A stretch of 64,000 nt of DNA from Flavobacteriaceae bacterium (GTDB lineage: Bacteria > Bacteroidota > Bacteroidia > Flavobacteriales > Flavobacteriaceae): assembly GCA_049446615.1 (NCBI GenBank), contig JBMTQW010000001.1, forward strand, positions 11,992-75,991, read 5' to 3'. Positions 10,339 through 19,373 of this stretch are shown here, in pieces (the first letter of the stretch is position 1; each line of letters starts with the position of its first letter). Below the pieces are notes generated by a model. It made no database searches, was not told the DNA's origin, and worked only from the letters and a program-made list of their open reading frames with translations. The translations under genes and the position numbers were made by a program.

Positions 10339-11565
10339 ATGTCTAAGTTTACATTCAATTTTTCTAAGTTGATTTTTAAAATTATTAAATTATATAGTCC
10401 ATTTACTAAAGCTCAATACTCAAATAGAATAAATTCATTATCTATTATTTTCTTGGTATTTGTTTTTCAGTTTTTAAATGCTCAAAAACTATCTAAGGTA
10501 ATCTCAATTAAAGGGAGTTATACATTTGATCTGGCAAATAATTTTTCTGGAGGTATAGAAAAGGGAAGTGCTTTCATTGGTAACATTGATTTAGCTTTTA
10601 ATATAGACTCAGAATCACTTGATTTATGGAAGGGAGGACATTTTTTTGTATATCTACTCAATAATCATGGTAATTCACTATCTAATTTGATAGGAGATTT
10701 TCAAATAGCTAATAACATTGAAGCAGAATCCCATACACGGCTCTATGAAGTTTGGTATAAACAACGTTTTAAATCCTGGTCCTTACTAATTGGACAGCAT
10801 GATTTGAATAGTGTTTTTGCTATTCCAGAAACCGGACAAAATTTTATTAATAGTTCTTTCGGTATACAACCTGATCTTTCTTCTAACTTTCCTGCTTCTA
10901 TATTCCCACTAGCTACACTTGGAATTGTTGTCAACTGGAGCTTAAATGATCAAATTCTCATTTCACATGCTATCTATGATGGAGACCCTGGTAGTGAGAG
11001 TGATAATCCAAATTCACTAAACTGGAGATTTAATAAAGAAGAAGGAGCTTTATTAATAAATGAAATTCAATTTCAAATTAAAAAAGAAAATATACTCAAA
11101 TCTGTCTACAAATTTGGAATTTGGAACCATTTACAAAAACAAATTTTGGATGAAGTTTTATTTTCTTCAAGAAATGGCGTCTATTTTATAAGCGACCATA
11201 AGCTTATTCAAAATACAAGCAATGGAATTTTTATAAGCGCTTTTTCGCAAATTGGTCTTTCCCTGAGTTTCCAAAATCCAGTTGCTTCATTTGTCGGTGG
11301 TGGATTTTGGTTTAAAGGTTTTAGCTCTAAAAGAGCTGAAGATGGTTTTGGGATTGCGGTTGCTAATGCAAATTTTTCAAAATATTACAGGTCTCAATTT
11401 GAAGGGATATTAAAAAGAGAAACTGTAATAGAGCTTACCTACCAATGGATTGCAAATAGAAAGTTAATTTTTCAGCCAAATATTCAATACATTTTAAATC
11501 CATCAAGTACAAGTGGACTTTCTAATGCTCTTATGGGGCTTATCCGTTTTAATTATGCCTGGTAA
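10339..11565 (+). CDS. OprB-family carbohydrate-selective porin-like outer membrane protein
   Basis: 408 aa. Signal-like segment SIIFLVFVFQFLNAQ, OprB-like stretch LYEVWYKQRF...LLIGQHDLNSVF, and a C-terminal aromatic residue (...NYAW). The gene is visibly more AT-rich than its neighbours. The exact start is uncertain. Confidence 0.6.
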   Translation: MSKFTFNFSKLIFKIIKLYSPFTKAQYSNRINSLSIIFLVFVFQFLNAQKLSKVISIKGSYTFDLANNFSGGIEKGSAFIGNIDLAFNIDSESLDLWKGGHFFVYLLNNHGNSLSNLIGDFQIANNIEAESHTRLYEVWYKQRFKSWSLLIGQHDLNSVFAIPETGQNFINSSFGIQPDLSSNFPASIFPLATLGIVVNWSLNDQILISHAIYDGDPGSESDNPNSLNWRFNKEEGALLINEIQFQIKKENILKSVYKFGIWNHLQKQILDEVLFSSRNGVYFISDHKLIQNTSNGIFISAFSQIGLSLSFQNPVASFVGGGFWFKGFSSKRAEDGFGIAVANANFSKYYRSQFEGILKRETVIELTYQWIANRKLIFQPNIQYILNPSSTSGLSNALMGLIRFNYAW

Positions 11566-11595
11566 GTTTATTTTAAACGTTTATCTTTATAAGAA

Positions 11596-12981
11596 ATGAC
11601 TTTAGTAAAATCTATATCCGGGATTCGAGGGACTATAGGGGGGTCTGTTTCTACAAATTTAACGCCTTTAGATATTGTTCGATTTACCTCCGCATTTGCT
11701 CAAATGATCAAAGAACACTGTTCTGAACAGGTTACGATTGTTACGGGAAGGGATGCAAGAATATCTGGAGAAATGGTACATGAATTAGTGAATCAAACAT
11801 TAGTAGGTATGGGTGTTAATGTTATTGATTTAGGCCTATCGACAACACCCACAGTTGCCGTAATGGTACCCCATTACAAAGCACAGGCTGGAATAATTCT
11901 TACAGCAAGCCATAATCCTAAAGAGTGGAATGCTTTAAAACTACTCAACGCATTGGGTGAATTTATTGATGCAGCGGCAGGTGCTCAAGTTTTAGATTTA
12001 GCTGAGAAGGAGGCTTTTGTTTATGCTTCTGTTACCGAATTGGGTAAATTGAAAAAAGTGAATTCGGCAATAGAGTATCATATTAAGGCAACCCTAGATT
12101 TAAAATGGGTACAAACAACAGGTATTCTAAAAAATAAATTTAAAGTGGTTGTAGATGCGGTCAATTCTACAGGTGGGATTGCCATTCCAAAACTTTTAGA
12201 CCAATTGGGAATTGAAAGTATTCAAATCCATTGCACACCTGATGGAAATTTTCCGCACAACCCAGAGCCCTTAAAAGAACATTTAACAGATTTGTGCCAA
12301 GCAGTAGTACAGCATCAGGCAGACTTCGGTATTGCGGTTGACCCCGATGTGGATCGATTGGTTTTTGTGGATGAAAAAGGGGTGTTGTTTGGTGAGGAAT
12401 ATACCCTTGTTGCTTGTGCCGATTATATTTTGAGCAAAACCCCAGGCAATACCGTTTCAAACCTATCCTCAACACGTGCTTTGGCTGATGTAACCCAGCA
12501 ACACGGAGGTCATTATACAGCAAGTGCAGTGGGTGAAGTAAATGTAGTAACTCAAATGAAAGCCAAGCAAGCTGTAATTGGTGGAGAAGGTAATGGTGGG
12601 GTCATTTATCCCGACTTACACTACGGCCGTGATGCTTTGGTTGGTGTGGCTTTATTTCTCTCCTTACTGGTTGAAAAACAATGCACCGTTTCTGCGCTCC
12701 GTTCACAATATCCAAGTTATTTTATGAGTAAAAATAAAATCACTCTGACGGAAGGATTGGATGTTGACGGCATTTTAAAAACCCTCGAAAAAAAGTACTC
12801 AAAAGAACAAATTACCACTGTGGATGGGCTGAAAATTGATTTTGAAACCCAGTGGGTGCATTTGCGAAAATCAAATACAGAACCCATAATTCGCATATAT
12901 ACCGAAGCACAATCTCAAAAAGAAGCAGAAGACTTAGCATCGCGCTTTGTCAGTGAAATTGAAAAACTTATTGTTTCCTAG
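11596..12981 (+). CDS. glmM: Phosphoglucosamine mutase
   Basis: 461 aa. Phosphoserine loop TASHNP and metal loop DPDVDRL. Confidence 0.9.
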   Translation: MTLVKSISGIRGTIGGSVSTNLTPLDIVRFTSAFAQMIKEHCSEQVTIVTGRDARISGEMVHELVNQTLVGMGVNVIDLGLSTTPTVAVMVPHYKAQAGIILTASHNPKEWNALKLLNALGEFIDAAAGAQVLDLAEKEAFVYASVTELGKLKKVNSAIEYHIKATLDLKWVQTTGILKNKFKVVVDAVNSTGGIAIPKLLDQLGIESIQIHCTPDGNFPHNPEPLKEHLTDLCQAVVQHQADFGIAVDPDVDRLVFVDEKGVLFGEEYTLVACADYILSKTPGNTVSNLSSTRALADVTQQHGGHYTASAVGEVNVVTQMKAKQAVIGGEGNGGVIYPDLHYGRDALVGVALFLSLLVEKQCTVSALRSQYPSYFMSKNKITLTEGLDVDGILKTLEKKYSKEQITTVDGLKIDFETQWVHLRKSNTEPIIRIYTEAQSQKEAEDLASRFVSEIEKLIVS

Positions 12982-13843
12982 CGTGTTTAAACCGCTTATG
13001 GGTCCACAAATACTGAGAAGGGTCTTCTTTAATTTGTTCTTCTAACCAAGCTGTAAAAGTATCGGTTATAAAATGCTCTGGTGTAGATGCCGATAGGTCT
13101 GAAATGACTTTAAACTCAACTTCATAAAACCCGCGCTTTACTCGGTTAATTTTACCAAAAACTACAGGTATATTGAGTGATCGAGCCAAGCGTTCAGCTC
13201 CGGTATAAACGGGAACTTCAACACCCATAAAAGAACGCCAATAGGTAAGGGGTTTTGGTCTAGGCGATTGATCGCTAGCAAAACCGTATACTCCTCGTTC
13301 GTTCTTTTGCTCTTTTTCAGTAATTATAGACGCAGCCGTTTGAACAGGTATCATATAGGCATCGTGCTTACTGCGTATTCTCTTTATTAATCGATCAAAA
13401 TAGGGATTTCCAATGGGTTTGTAAATACCGTATCCTTTGTGATTCATATGATATCCTAAAGACATCATCCATTCCCAACTGGCATAATGACCACACATAA
13501 TAAAGGCGGATCGATTTTGCTTTTCAAATTGAGTTAGTGTTTCAATGTTTTTGATTTGAAACCGCTTCATCATTTCCTTTTTTGACATCCCCATAGATTT
13601 TATGATTTCTAAGAACAAATCACAAAAGTGACGTTGAACGCCTCGCGCAATAATTTTCCTTTCCTTTTCTGAAAGTTGAGGGAAGGCCAATTTAATATTG
13701 CTGGTAATTACTTTGTTGCGGTACCCCAGCACATTAAAAACCAAAAACCGAATACAATCAGATAATGAATAAAACAGGGGAAAGGGCAATCGAGAGACTA
13801 CAAATAAAAAAGGATATGTAAAAAAGTAGATTACGGCGTTCAT
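12968..13843 (-). CDS. Lipid A biosynthesis (Kdo2-lipid IVA) acyltransferase family protein, LpxL/HtrB-like
   Basis: 291 aa. N-terminal membrane anchor and acyltransferase H-box region MCGHYASWEW. The 3' end overlaps the glmM 3' end by 14 nt (convergent genes). Confidence 0.75.
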   Translation of the reverse strand: MNAVIYFFTYPFLFVVSRLPFPLFYSLSDCIRFLVFNVLGYRNKVITSNIKLAFPQLSEKERKIIARGVQRHFCDLFLEIIKSMGMSKKEMMKRFQIKNIETLTQFEKQNRSAFIMCGHYASWEWMMSLGYHMNHKGYGIYKPIGNPYFDRLIKRIRSKHDAYMIPVQTAASIITEKEQKNERGVYGFASDQSPRPKPLTYWRSFMGVEVPVYTGAERLARSLNIPVVFGKINRVKRGFYEVEFKVISDLSASTPEHFITDTFTAWLEEQIKEDPSQYLWTHKRFKHARKQ

Positions 13844-13992
13844 ATGAACATTTATCTCCGCAAAGGTATCTTTTTCTCTAGTTGTAGGGTGTTGAAAACT
13901 TTCCTTTTTTTCTTTTGATTGGCACTAGTAGGAATCCTAAAAATGAGTTTAATTTGTTACATATATAACAATTTATATAATTTTTGTTAAAA

Positions 13993-15054
13993 ATGAAAAA
14001 TATTTTAGTTCTTGGAATGGGAAAAGTAGGCAGCCTAGTGGGGGTGTTATTGAGCAAAAATTTTACCGTTCGTGCAATAGACAATCAACTGCCTCATTAT
14101 GATTATAAATTGCCTTTTACGTGCATTCAAGGCGATGTAACAGATATTGACTTTATCAAAAAAGAAATGAAGGAACAGGATGCAGTGGTCTCTTGTTTAC
14201 CTTATTTCTTAAATAAGCCCATCGCCCAAATTGCCTTTGATTTAGGCATTCATTATTTTGATTTAACAGAAGATGTGCCTACAACAAAATTTATACAAAC
14301 ACTAAGTGAAAAAGCCACCAGTGTTTTTGCTCCTCAGTGTGGATTAGCACCGGGCTTAATAGGAATCATAGGGAAACACCTTACACTATCGTTTGATGAT
14401 TTAAGGGATATTGAATTGAGGGTAGGGGCCTTGCCACGATACCCCAACGGACAAATGGCGTATTCCTTTACGTGGTCACCACATGGGGTTATAAATGAAT
14501 ATTTAAATGATGCTGAAGCGATACATAACGGTCAAAAAAAATGGGTTCCTTCACTTGAAGGTTTTGAATACATAAACATTGAAGGGCAGGAATTTGAAGC
14601 ATTTACCACCTCTGGAGGCTTGGGAACGTTATGCGATACATTTGAAGGAAAAGTAGATACTTTAAACTATAAAACGATTCGGTATCCAGGGCACGGTAAA
14701 CTTATGCGTTTTTTGATGTACGAACTTATTCTAAAAGACGACAAAGAACTTTTGGAGCGCATTTTGAGCAATGCAAAACCCCCAGTTGAAGAAGATGTTG
14801 TTTATGTCTATGCTGTGGTAGAAGGTTGGCACAATAAAACCCTATCGCGTAAAGAATATTATAAAGCCTTTTATCCTTTAGAAATTGAAGGTAAAAAATG
14901 GCGGGCCATTTCTTGGACTACAGCAGCTTCCTTGGTGGCCGTTGTTGAAATGGTTTCGGCAGGCGCGCTTATTCAAAAAGGTTTTTTAAAACAAGAAGAG
15001 ATTCCCTTTGAAAAATTCTTAAAAACTCCCACAGGAGCCTTATTTTTACACTAA
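13993..15054 (+). CDS. Saccharopine dehydrogenase family NAD(P)-binding enzyme (possible lysine 6-dehydrogenase / saccharopine-forming enzyme)
   Basis: Rossmann N-terminus MKNILVLGMGKVGSLVG. Size and layout fit Sacchrp_dh N+C domains. The track ORF starts at TTG 13984; ATG at 13993 is preferred. First gene of a 3-gene co-directional set. Confidence 0.7.
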   Translation: MKNILVLGMGKVGSLVGVLLSKNFTVRAIDNQLPHYDYKLPFTCIQGDVTDIDFIKKEMKEQDAVVSCLPYFLNKPIAQIAFDLGIHYFDLTEDVPTTKFIQTLSEKATSVFAPQCGLAPGLIGIIGKHLTLSFDDLRDIELRVGALPRYPNGQMAYSFTWSPHGVINEYLNDAEAIHNGQKKWVPSLEGFEYINIEGQEFEAFTTSGGLGTLCDTFEGKVDTLNYKTIRYPGHGKLMRFLMYELILKDDKELLERILSNAKPPVEEDVVYVYAVVEGWHNKTLSRKEYYKAFYPLEIEGKKWRAISWTTAASLVAVVEMVSAGALIQKGFLKQEEIPFEKFLKTPTGALFLH

Positions 15055-15064
15055 ATAGTTTACC

Positions 15065-15976
15065 ATGAAATTTGCAACACATACTGTAATGACCCAAATC
15101 TTAGACGCTCTGTTTGCTGTATATGCCCAACGAGTGCCTGATGTTAAAAAAATAACCCAAGCTATGGTGGACAAAGGATTGGTAAGCAGTCAAGCGGATA
15201 TCATAAATGACCATGTGGCCTTTCGTACCATGGGAGTCAAGAATTTGGGAATTGCCTCGTTTGAAAAGATTTTTTTAGCTCATGGATATGAAAAAAGAGA
15301 CTCTTTTTATTTTGAAGTGAAAAAATTAGATGCCAATTGGTATGCCCCACCCACACCCGATTTACCTAGAGTATTTATTAGTGAACTTAAAGTAGATCAA
15401 TTGTCCAAAACCACACAGAAGATTATTTATAAATACACGAATACGGTAAAAAGTGATCCTGTTGATCAGTTGGATGTAATGGATGTTAAAGATGTAGCCA
15501 CCTATTTTCAAACTCCTTTATGGGAATTGCCTTCTCTTGAAGATTATGAACATTTATTAACCGAAAGTGAATATGCGGCATGGGTTATCTACAACCGATA
15601 CTATTTAAACCATTACACTATTAGTGTTCATGATTTGCCTCAGGCTTATAATACACTCGAACCCTTTAATTCCTTTTTAACATCTATCGGGATTCAACTG
15701 AATACCTCTGGAGGGGAGATTAAAACAAGTGGCGATGGTCTTTTACGTCAATCAAGTTCTCTTGCCAATCAAGTGCTAGCTACTTTTAAAGAGGGAGCCA
15801 CTAAGTCAATCGCTGGAAGTTATGTGGAATTTGCTGAGCGCAAGCCCCTTCCTGAATTCAATCATTTAAATCAAAAGGACCTTAAACGAGAACATCGAAG
15901 AGAGGGTTTTGAAACCGCAAACGCAGACCGTATTTTTGAAAGTACATTTACAACACAACTAAATCAAAAAGGATGA
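15065..15976 (+). CDS. hglS: DUF1338 family 2-oxoadipate dioxygenase/decarboxylase (HglS-like)
   Basis: 303 aa. DUF1338-type N-terminal motif INDHVAFRT. Lies 10 nt after the upstream gene, and its stop overlaps the ALDH start (ATGA at 15973..15976). Confidence 0.7.
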   Translation: MKFATHTVMTQILDALFAVYAQRVPDVKKITQAMVDKGLVSSQADIINDHVAFRTMGVKNLGIASFEKIFLAHGYEKRDSFYFEVKKLDANWYAPPTPDLPRVFISELKVDQLSKTTQKIIYKYTNTVKSDPVDQLDVMDVKDVATYFQTPLWELPSLEDYEHLLTESEYAAWVIYNRYYLNHYTISVHDLPQAYNTLEPFNSFLTSIGIQLNTSGGEIKTSGDGLLRQSSSLANQVLATFKEGATKSIAGSYVEFAERKPLPEFNHLNQKDLKREHRREGFETANADRIFESTFTTQLNQKG

Positions 15977-17508
15977 TGGATATCAAGACTTTGCTTGAAG
16001 AATTAGGAATACAAAAAAACCAAAAAGGATGTACCCAAGGTAACCTTTGGTATGGTTCAGGACCAGAAATCATCTCCTACAGTCCCGTAAACGACAAAGA
16101 AATTGGCCGTTTACAAGGCGCTAGTCCTGAAGATTATGAAAGTGTGATTGAAACCGCGACAGAAGCTTTTGAGGTTTTTAGAAAATGGCCTGCCCCAAAG
16201 CGAGGAGAGCTTGTGCGTCAAATGGGAAATAAGCTTAGAGAAAAGAAAAGTGCTCTGGGCCAATTGGTGTCATGGGAAATGGGTAAGTCCTTACAAGAGG
16301 GCTTGGGCGAAGTACAAGAAATGATTGATATCTGTGATTTTGCCGTTGGATTATCTCGTCAATTACATGGATTTACAATGACCTCTGAACGTCCTTCTCA
16401 TCGTCTTTTTGAGCAATACCACCCCTTGGGAATCGTAGGCATCATTTCTGCGTTTAACTTTCCGGTTGCCGTGTGGAGTTGGAATACGGCGATTGCGTGG
16501 GTATGTGGTAATGTTTGTGTATGGAAACCCAGTGAAAAAACACCTTTATGTAGTATAGCCTGTCAAAACATAGTAGCCGAAGTACTGCAAGAAAACAACC
16601 TTCCACAAGGAATTTCTTCAGTGGTTAACGGAAATGCGGCAGTAGGAAAGTGGTTGGCCGAAGACCATCGGGTAGCCTTAGTGTCAGCTACAGGTTCCAC
16701 TCGAATGGGGAAAGATGTTGCACAACGAGTTGCTGCGCGTTTAGGAAAATCGCTTCTTGAATTGGGAGGCAATAATGCCATTATTATTACTCCCCATGCT
16801 GATATTGAATTGGCTATTCGCGCTGCTGTTTTCGGAGCAGTAGGAACATGCGGCCAACGCTGTACTTCTACACGCCGTTTAATAGTACATGAATCTATAG
16901 TGGAAACTTTTACCACTGCATTAAAAAAAGCCTACGGTCAGTTGAGAATCGGAAACCCCTTAGATGAAAAAAATCACGTAGGTCCCCTAATTGATGCTGA
17001 AGCTGTTACCCTATTTGAAGAAGCTTGCAAAAAAGTGGAAAATCAAGGGGGGAAATGGATTGTTAAGGGTGCTGTTCTTGATTCCAAATCCTTAGGAAGT
17101 CATTGCTATGTAAAGCCGGCTGTGGCTCTTATCGATTCAAATGCTGAAGTAGTACAAGAAGAAACCTTTGCGCCTTTATTGTATGTGCTGCCTTATAAAG
17201 GAACAATAGAAGATGCTTTAACAATTCAAAATGACGTAAAGCAAGGACTGTCTTCTTCCATCATGTCACTTAATGTAAGGGAAACCGAAACCTTTTTGTC
17301 TCATTGGGGGAGTGATTGCGGAATTGCCAATGTAAATATTGGAACTTCAGGGGCTGAAATCGGAGGCGCTTTTGGTGGTGAAAAAGAAACGGGTGGAGGC
17401 AGAGAAAGTGGTTCAGATGCTTGGAAAGCCTACATGAGAAGACAAACCAATACTGTTAATTTTTCAACAGAAATTCCTCTTGCTCAGGGAATTGTATTTG
17501 ATTTGTAA
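15973..17508 (+). CDS. amaB: ALDH7-type aldehyde dehydrogenase (alpha-aminoadipic semialdehyde / piperideine-6-carboxylate dehydrogenase)
   Basis: 511 aa. Catalytic motifs LELGGNNA and GTCGQRCTSTRR. The overall pattern matches ALDH7A1/AmaB-like enzymes. Confidence 0.8.
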   Translation: MMDIKTLLEELGIQKNQKGCTQGNLWYGSGPEIISYSPVNDKEIGRLQGASPEDYESVIETATEAFEVFRKWPAPKRGELVRQMGNKLREKKSALGQLVSWEMGKSLQEGLGEVQEMIDICDFAVGLSRQLHGFTMTSERPSHRLFEQYHPLGIVGIISAFNFPVAVWSWNTAIAWVCGNVCVWKPSEKTPLCSIACQNIVAEVLQENNLPQGISSVVNGNAAVGKWLAEDHRVALVSATGSTRMGKDVAQRVAARLGKSLLELGGNNAIIITPHADIELAIRAAVFGAVGTCGQRCTSTRRLIVHESIVETFTTALKKAYGQLRIGNPLDEKNHVGPLIDAEAVTLFEEACKKVENQGGKWIVKGAVLDSKSLGSHCYVKPAVALIDSNAEVVQEETFAPLLYVLPYKGTIEDALTIQNDVKQGLSSSIMSLNVRETETFLSHWGSDCGIANVNIGTSGAEIGGAFGGEKETGGGRESGSDAWKAYMRRQTNTVNFSTEIPLAQGIVFDL

Positions 17509-17512
17509 TTAA

Positions 17513-18178
17513 ATGATACAAAATCTTCCCCTTGTAGGACTGCTCATCATCGGCATTACGGCTTTAATAAGCTATAAAGGATTTAGGGACGACTCTTTTT
17601 TTACTGCCTACAGTTTTCAAATTAATAAAATCCGTTCAGGATCCTATTTACGACTTCTAAGCTCAGGGTTTTTACACGTGGGTACCTCTCATTTATTATT
17701 CAACATGATAACCCTTTATTTTTTTATTGGTATTGTGGTGTATGCTTTAGGCACTTTTTCCTTTTTAGCCTTGTATTTTGGGAGCTTGATCGCGGGTAAT
17801 CTTTTTGGATACGGCTATCATTACAATGATCCTTATTATACCGCTGTTGGTGCGAGCGGTGCCGTTACCGGAGTCCTGTTCAGTGCCTTGTTATTGTATC
17901 CCGAAATTGAATTATTCCTCTTTTTTATTCCGATTCCGATTCCCGGATATCTGTTTGGAATAGGATATATTCTGTACACATTATACGGGATGAAATCTCA
18001 AAAAGACACCATTGGACATACAGCCCATTTTGGAGGAGCAATAGGAGGTATTGTAATTACCTTATTGTTAAAGCCCGAGGTTCTTGACGAAGCTACATTA
18101 ATGCTTGCCGTTTTGAGTGTGGCTACCTTAGCTGCAGGAGTAATGCTGTACAGAGAACAGCAAAAGAAAAGAAATTAA
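17513..18178 (+). CDS. Rhomboid family intramembrane serine protease
   Basis: 221 aa, multi-TM. Motifs HLLFNM, GASGAVTG (catalytic Ser) and AHFGGAIGG (catalytic His). Confidence 0.85.
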   Translation: MIQNLPLVGLLIIGITALISYKGFRDDSFFTAYSFQINKIRSGSYLRLLSSGFLHVGTSHLLFNMITLYFFIGIVVYALGTFSFLALYFGSLIAGNLFGYGYHYNDPYYTAVGASGAVTGVLFSALLLYPEIELFLFFIPIPIPGYLFGIGYILYTLYGMKSQKDTIGHTAHFGGAIGGIVITLLLKPEVLDEATLMLAVLSVATLAAGVMLYREQQKKRN

Positions 18179-19287
18179 AGTTTTCCTAAAAGCTCTTGAA
18201 CTTTACGTTCTAATTCTATGCCTCGCAGATCACGCGAAACGATTATACCGTTTTCATCAACAATAAAAGTAGCGGGAATTGCGCTCACATTATAAAGCCG
18301 GGCAATGGGATCGTTCCAAAACTCAAGATTTGAAACATGCTCCCAAGTCAATCCATCATCTGCAATTGCCTGAATCCATTTAGGTTTTGTTTTATCTAAA
18401 GACACCCCTACAATTCGAAGTCCATCGTTTTTATGTTCGTTGTACAACCGAACCAAATTAGGGTTTTCAATACGGCAGGGGCGACACCAACTTGCCCAAA
18501 AATCGATTATGGTCACTTTTCCAAGGGATTCGTTCAAAGCCAGTCTATTTCCCTCAGGGTCCGGACCTTCAAATAAGGGAGCTGCTTGACCTACTTCTGC
18601 TTTTTCAGGCACATTTAGTATGCCGCTAATACTGCGACCAGAATCTGTGTTTTTAATACGCTCTGAAAGACCGTCATACAATTCTTTAGCTTCTCCTGTG
18701 GGGAGTGTTTTATTTGCTACAAAACGTTCTAAAATCAAAATCGAAATAAACGAATCAGGAGAGGATCGAATAAAATCCAATTCGTATTCTTGAATTTGTA
18801 ACCGTACTTCTTGATATTGATCTTGTAAGTCTTGGGCTGCTAAAGTGTCTTTTAAAATCAGGGCCTGTTGAAGATCATTTCCTATCGCATTTAAAGAAGT
18901 AATATAAACCTTGGTTTCGGATTTATACTGCATAAAGTCATCATTTGAAATGGTTCCCATCGCTTTTGAAGCGACCAAACTGTCTTTAAAAATCTCAACA
19001 TCAAGTGTACCTCCTTCAACAACAAAAGGAAAAGTGCCTTGAAGGCCTTCAACTTGTAAAAAATGTACGTTAGGCTCTTCTACTTCAAACGTCAATTCAA
19101 ATTTTCCTTCAGAAACGGTTAGGGTATCCATTACCTGGGGTTGATTGTTGGCGTCTGCTTTGATATGGAATATTTTACTTCCATTATCTAAATCTGAAGT
19201 TCCCTTAATTTTTAAGGAATTTGAACCGTTTTGGCAGGCTATAATAGAAAATGCAACAAAAAGGGGAAGTGCAAAATATCGGATCAT
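18175..19287 (-). CDS. TlpA/AhpC-TSA family thiol-disulfide oxidoreductase lipoprotein with an N-terminal DUF4369-like domain
   Basis: 370 aa. Lipobox FSIIACQ and thioredoxin active site WASWCRPC. Confidence 0.85.
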   Translation of the reverse strand: MIRYFALPLFVAFSIIACQNGSNSLKIKGTSDLDNGSKIFHIKADANNQPQVMDTLTVSEGKFELTFEVEEPNVHFLQVEGLQGTFPFVVEGGTLDVEIFKDSLVASKAMGTISNDDFMQYKSETKVYITSLNAIGNDLQQALILKDTLAAQDLQDQYQEVRLQIQEYELDFIRSSPDSFISILILERFVANKTLPTGEAKELYDGLSERIKNTDSGRSISGILNVPEKAEVGQAAPLFEGPDPEGNRLALNESLGKVTIIDFWASWCRPCRIENPNLVRLYNEHKNDGLRIVGVSLDKTKPKWIQAIADDGLTWEHVSNLEFWNDPIARLYNVSAIPATFIVDENGIIVSRDLRGIELERKVQELLGKL

Positions 19288-19373
19288 AATAAAAAATATA
19301 TGCTAAATTAATCAAATGGAGGGAAATGAAAAACTTATCTTAATTTTAGGGCAACTTATGAAATTAGGAGCCT

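Noticed and set aside
13844-13992. A possible lysine riboswitch ahead of the lysine-catabolism-like genes.
   Set aside because: The region is too short and too AT-rich once the divergent promoters are accounted for. I could not find conserved L-box-like helices.
13878-14084. A 68-aa minus-strand ORF in the lpxL / saccharopine-DH divergent intergenic region.
   Set aside because: It lies in AT-rich promoter DNA, overlaps the start of the plus-strand gene, gives a low-complexity basic translation and has no recognisable motif.
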